From positions 100,008,001-100,072,000 of the forward strand of contig NC_045696.1 of assembly GCF_009834535.1 (NCBI RefSeq): a stretch of DNA of 64,000 nt. Reading direction: 5' to 3'. A model generated the notes under the pieces. It was not told where the DNA came from. It saw nothing but the letters and a program-made list of their open reading frames with translations, and made no database searches. The DNA comes from Camelus ferus. Lineage: Eukaryota. How positions within the stretch are numbered: position 1 is the stretch's first letter; every line of letters begins with the position of its first letter. This document shows, one piece after another, positions 60,641 to 64,000 of the stretch. The position numbers and the translations under genes are program-made.

Positions 60641-63600
60641 ACCTTCCTCAAATTAATTATGTTTTAATGCTCAATGAGCTCATCTTCCCTTGTCGTCAGC
60701 TTTTTGCCCAGCAACTTGTGTTTTTCTAGTGAGGCCTTGGGCTTAGTTCGCAGCTGGTTGTTGCAGTTACCCTTGGTGCACTCCAGATTTCATATTCTGC
60801 TGGTGATAACTTATGTTCAGAATGTGGGCCAGTTTACTAGAAAGTTTTACTGAATATCTCCTCGGAGAGAATCTTACAGCACTCCATCCATAATTCATTC
60901 TTCTTTTCACTCAGTGCTTGTTAGTCTGGGGCTGGGGAATAGGGGACAGAGTATTTTCTGATATTCGAGATAAGCGTCAGTCTCAAGCAGGCACTGTAAA
61001 CCTCCTGTTCCCCAATTCAAAGCAGCCTGAAGTCAGAGACTGCGGATTTGCCCAATTTATCTCTTTAAGTCACGTCATCACTCAGGAGGCATTCACAGAT
61101 CCAGGACTGGCTAGAAACCTGAGTGCTGTGTCTGGGTGTGTGAATGTGAGGGGAGTTGATGGGTGATGGGTCTGAGGGAGGAGGGGTGATAGCATCTCTC
61201 AGTCTAAAGAGACTCGACCAGTGGACAAACCTCAACAAGTAGACAAACCTAATGATCGCAGTTAGAAATCTGCCAGAGTGGAAAAGCTCAGGAAAGCAAA
61301 GTGAGGCCACTCCTCTGGGGCCACGTGGCTGGGCTGGGGCGCAACTGCAGACAGTACTGAGTCTACATTATCCTAGGACGGGGAAGTGGCTTCTGCACTC
61401 CCACCCCTTCATCCTCCTACCCCTCCAGCCCTACACCCCGAGTTCCTTGTCCTGAGAGGGAAGACAAAGGGTGGGAAGCTTCTTGTCCTGCTCTGGAAGT
61501 GCCTGAGGCCCAGGAGAGGGGAAGTCGAGGGCACACCTAGGGCCTAGGAACCAGCCCACCGTGGGGTGGGTTGTGACAGTGAAAGCTGAGTCACTGGATG
61601 TCCCTGACTAAGGGGTAAGTGTGGGAAGAGGATGCAGAGGCAGAGAATGGAGCTGTTTTCAGCCTTTGAGAAGTTCTGGGTGGGTGGTCTGGCTAAAGTG
61701 TCCAGTACCTGGGCAGAGAGCTTTGGGGGTGGGAGGGGGAGGGAAGAGCTAAAGCAGAGTAGCTGCTGGGGCAGAAGAGATGCTCCAGGCAGAGGCAGCT
61801 AAAATATCCAGAAAATCATGCCTGGGCTCCTAGCACCCAGTCAGCTACTCTTTCCAGTCCAGGTATTGAGGCTGAATCCCCTTGAATATTACTCTGATCT
61901 GGTTTCTCTACATGTCTGCCTTTTAACTTTGGACCACTGACTGGGCAATGGGGTAGAGTATGCCGCGGCAGGGCATTTAGTTAAACTGGGCTAGTCTCTA
62001 GCAGTTTACCAAGTATCTATTCTTCATTTTAGTTTCCCTTGATTTTGTTTGTAAAAAGCAAGTTAAGTCATGGTAAGAAAGAAACAGGGGGGTCAAAAGA
62101 AAACTTTAGAGGTTCATGCAATTCCATGATTAAAATAGGCTACCTACTCCAACATTTTGAGTTTTATGTAAAATATGATAGGGTGCATAATACATATTTT
62201 TAAATCACTGAATACTGCAGCTTTTTAAAAGAGGGAAGTTCTGAATAAAGATACTTCTGAAGAGGCAATATGTCTCTTTCAAAACTCAAATTTATACTAG
62301 ATTTTAAGTGAGACAGTATCTCTATATTTCCTTTAATTACTGATTTATGTCACTTCTCTGAAACCTGTGTTGCAGGTTACTGGGGCCAAGGGGGTACATT
62401 TCTGGGCTGTTTATTTGATCCTTCTGGGTCCAGAGATAGGGGAGGTTTTCAAGGTTTCGATTTGACTGAGGGCGTATGAGTTGCTACTGGCCTGTATGTA
62501 TTTAACCTCTCTCATCTTCCCTAGGGAGAAGTTAGCCACCCACAGGGCAGAGTTCCCTTTGGACTAGTTTCATGTTCCACTAAGTGGCAGCCTTTATCAT
62601 CAGGGTCTTTTCTCCTCCTGGTGGTCAGCAGGCACTTGTCTCTCTCCCCTGAACAGCTCGAGTATGAGCTAGGGGCTGAACCGCATCCCTATTGACAGGG
62701 AACACCCCCACCAGAGCTTCAGTGACATCACGGGCAGAGACCAGGTGGCCTCTCATGCTCACATCCATTCACAGGATGTGCAAGTCCCTTCCCTTGATTC
62801 AAGGGGGTTCACAAATGTCCAAGTCTGTGTGTGGACCATAGCTAAGGTTAGCAAACTGGCTCACGCATGAGGGAAGCTGACTATAGTATCCCCATCACTC
62901 TGCTTCAGGTCCTCATTCGGTGAGATGCTCTCTCTCTCGCTTCCGTTTTGAATACCTTCCACTCCTGTTTGGAGATACCAGAGTCTTCACCTTTTGCCTT
63001 AAAGCCTGACACCAAATGTGATGTCCTAATTGACATTCACTGTTCAACACAGAGTTGTAGGGGGTTTAGCTGCCAATAAACCCAAGACGAAGTGGCCCCA
63101 ACTTGGTTAATTATTCAAACTAAGTGTGTGTGGTGCTTGGCACTCTGTCCTTCTACTGCCATCCTAGAACGGCAGGAGAATCACCAGCTTTACATCCTAG
63201 TACACATGTGAGTACGCATAGAACTAATTCGCTTCAAAGTTCTGAATGGAATGTTTACTGGTGTGGCTATTCGGATGTCCCATCTTAGACTCTTCCTCAC
63301 AAGAGCTTTGAGAGGCTGTGGATGTGGACCACAGAGAGGACCAAGCCTCTTCAAGCTCACCTCTCAGGTAGCCACATCATAGGGAGTTTCAGAGACAAAT
63401 GTGTTCCAACTGTTGGTCACCCTAAGCGATGTCTGCCCTTTCTTTCTATCTGTGGTCCTATTCGTGACCTATCTAATGAACATCCTACAGCTTACATTAG
63501 GAAACTGTAGTCTTCAGGCAAAAGGATCTGTAACTTGGCTGATGCTTCACTGCTGTTGTTCTGATAGAAGGGGAAGTTTTGCATTCTTTCTGGAGAGGAT

Positions 63601-64000
63601 GCCAAACTTCCTGGGCTGAGGACAAGTCTCTGAGATTTCCACTCAGGTGTTCAATATCAAAAGTAGGAAGTGGATGTTCATATTTATATCTAGAGAACAG
63701 AAAAACAAATATCATAGCTCATGAGTAACAAATCTCCAAACTTATCTTGTTTCTGAGTTATAATTAGCCACACATATAAAATACATCTGTCCCTACATAA
63801 GCCTCTTCCTTCCTGCCCCAATACAGTTACTCCATCCACACCCCCATTTCATAATCCATCTCAAGGACTCCTGCTATTCATCTTCTTCAGGATGCCTGGG
63901 TGTTACTGCTCTATTTATAAATCTAAATGACAATGAAACATCTTTGAGTCTCATATTTTTGATCTGCAAAACTGGGATGAGAGGAGAATGATGTTATTGA

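Noticed and set aside
60650..64000. Possible further gene or exons at the window end
   Set aside because: No scramblase motifs or convincing exons seen. The GC-richer patches look like old LTR fragments that I cannot classify.

Overview
This is mammalian genomic DNA, AT-rich and repeat-dense, and probably from a camelid, judging by a tRNA-Ala-derived vic-1-type SINE. It is part of a tandem phospholipid scramblase (PLSCR1/PLSCR2-like) cluster on the + strand. The window holds the last two coding exons of one paralog (copy A: 3061-3222, 5659-5718) and a complete, intact second paralog (copy B). Copy B has a candidate CpG-containing promoter at ~13.8-14.4 kb and coding exons at 18094-18106, 26927-27318, 28670-28712, 38684-38904, 41408-41569, 49408-49569 and 52801-52860 (1053 nt, 350 aa, all GT-AG). 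Positions ~1-9930 and ~45950-57000 are old paralogous duplicates. The main observations: (1) both paralogs have lost the acidic residues of the EF-hand-like Ca2+ motif (DADNFGIQFPLD in human PLSCR1); (2) copy B has an expanded 7-aa tandem repeat N-terminus and apparently no PPxY-bearing exon 3; (3) near-identical non-coding islands lie inside the otherwise diverged duplication, one containing a clean minus-strand exon; (4) there are several datable nested or paralog-specific transposon events. Nearly all ORF-track entries are L1/LTR debris or partial exons. Repeat family names were assigned by eye, and comparisons to human PLSCR1 use my recollection of that sequence; both need confirming by alignment.
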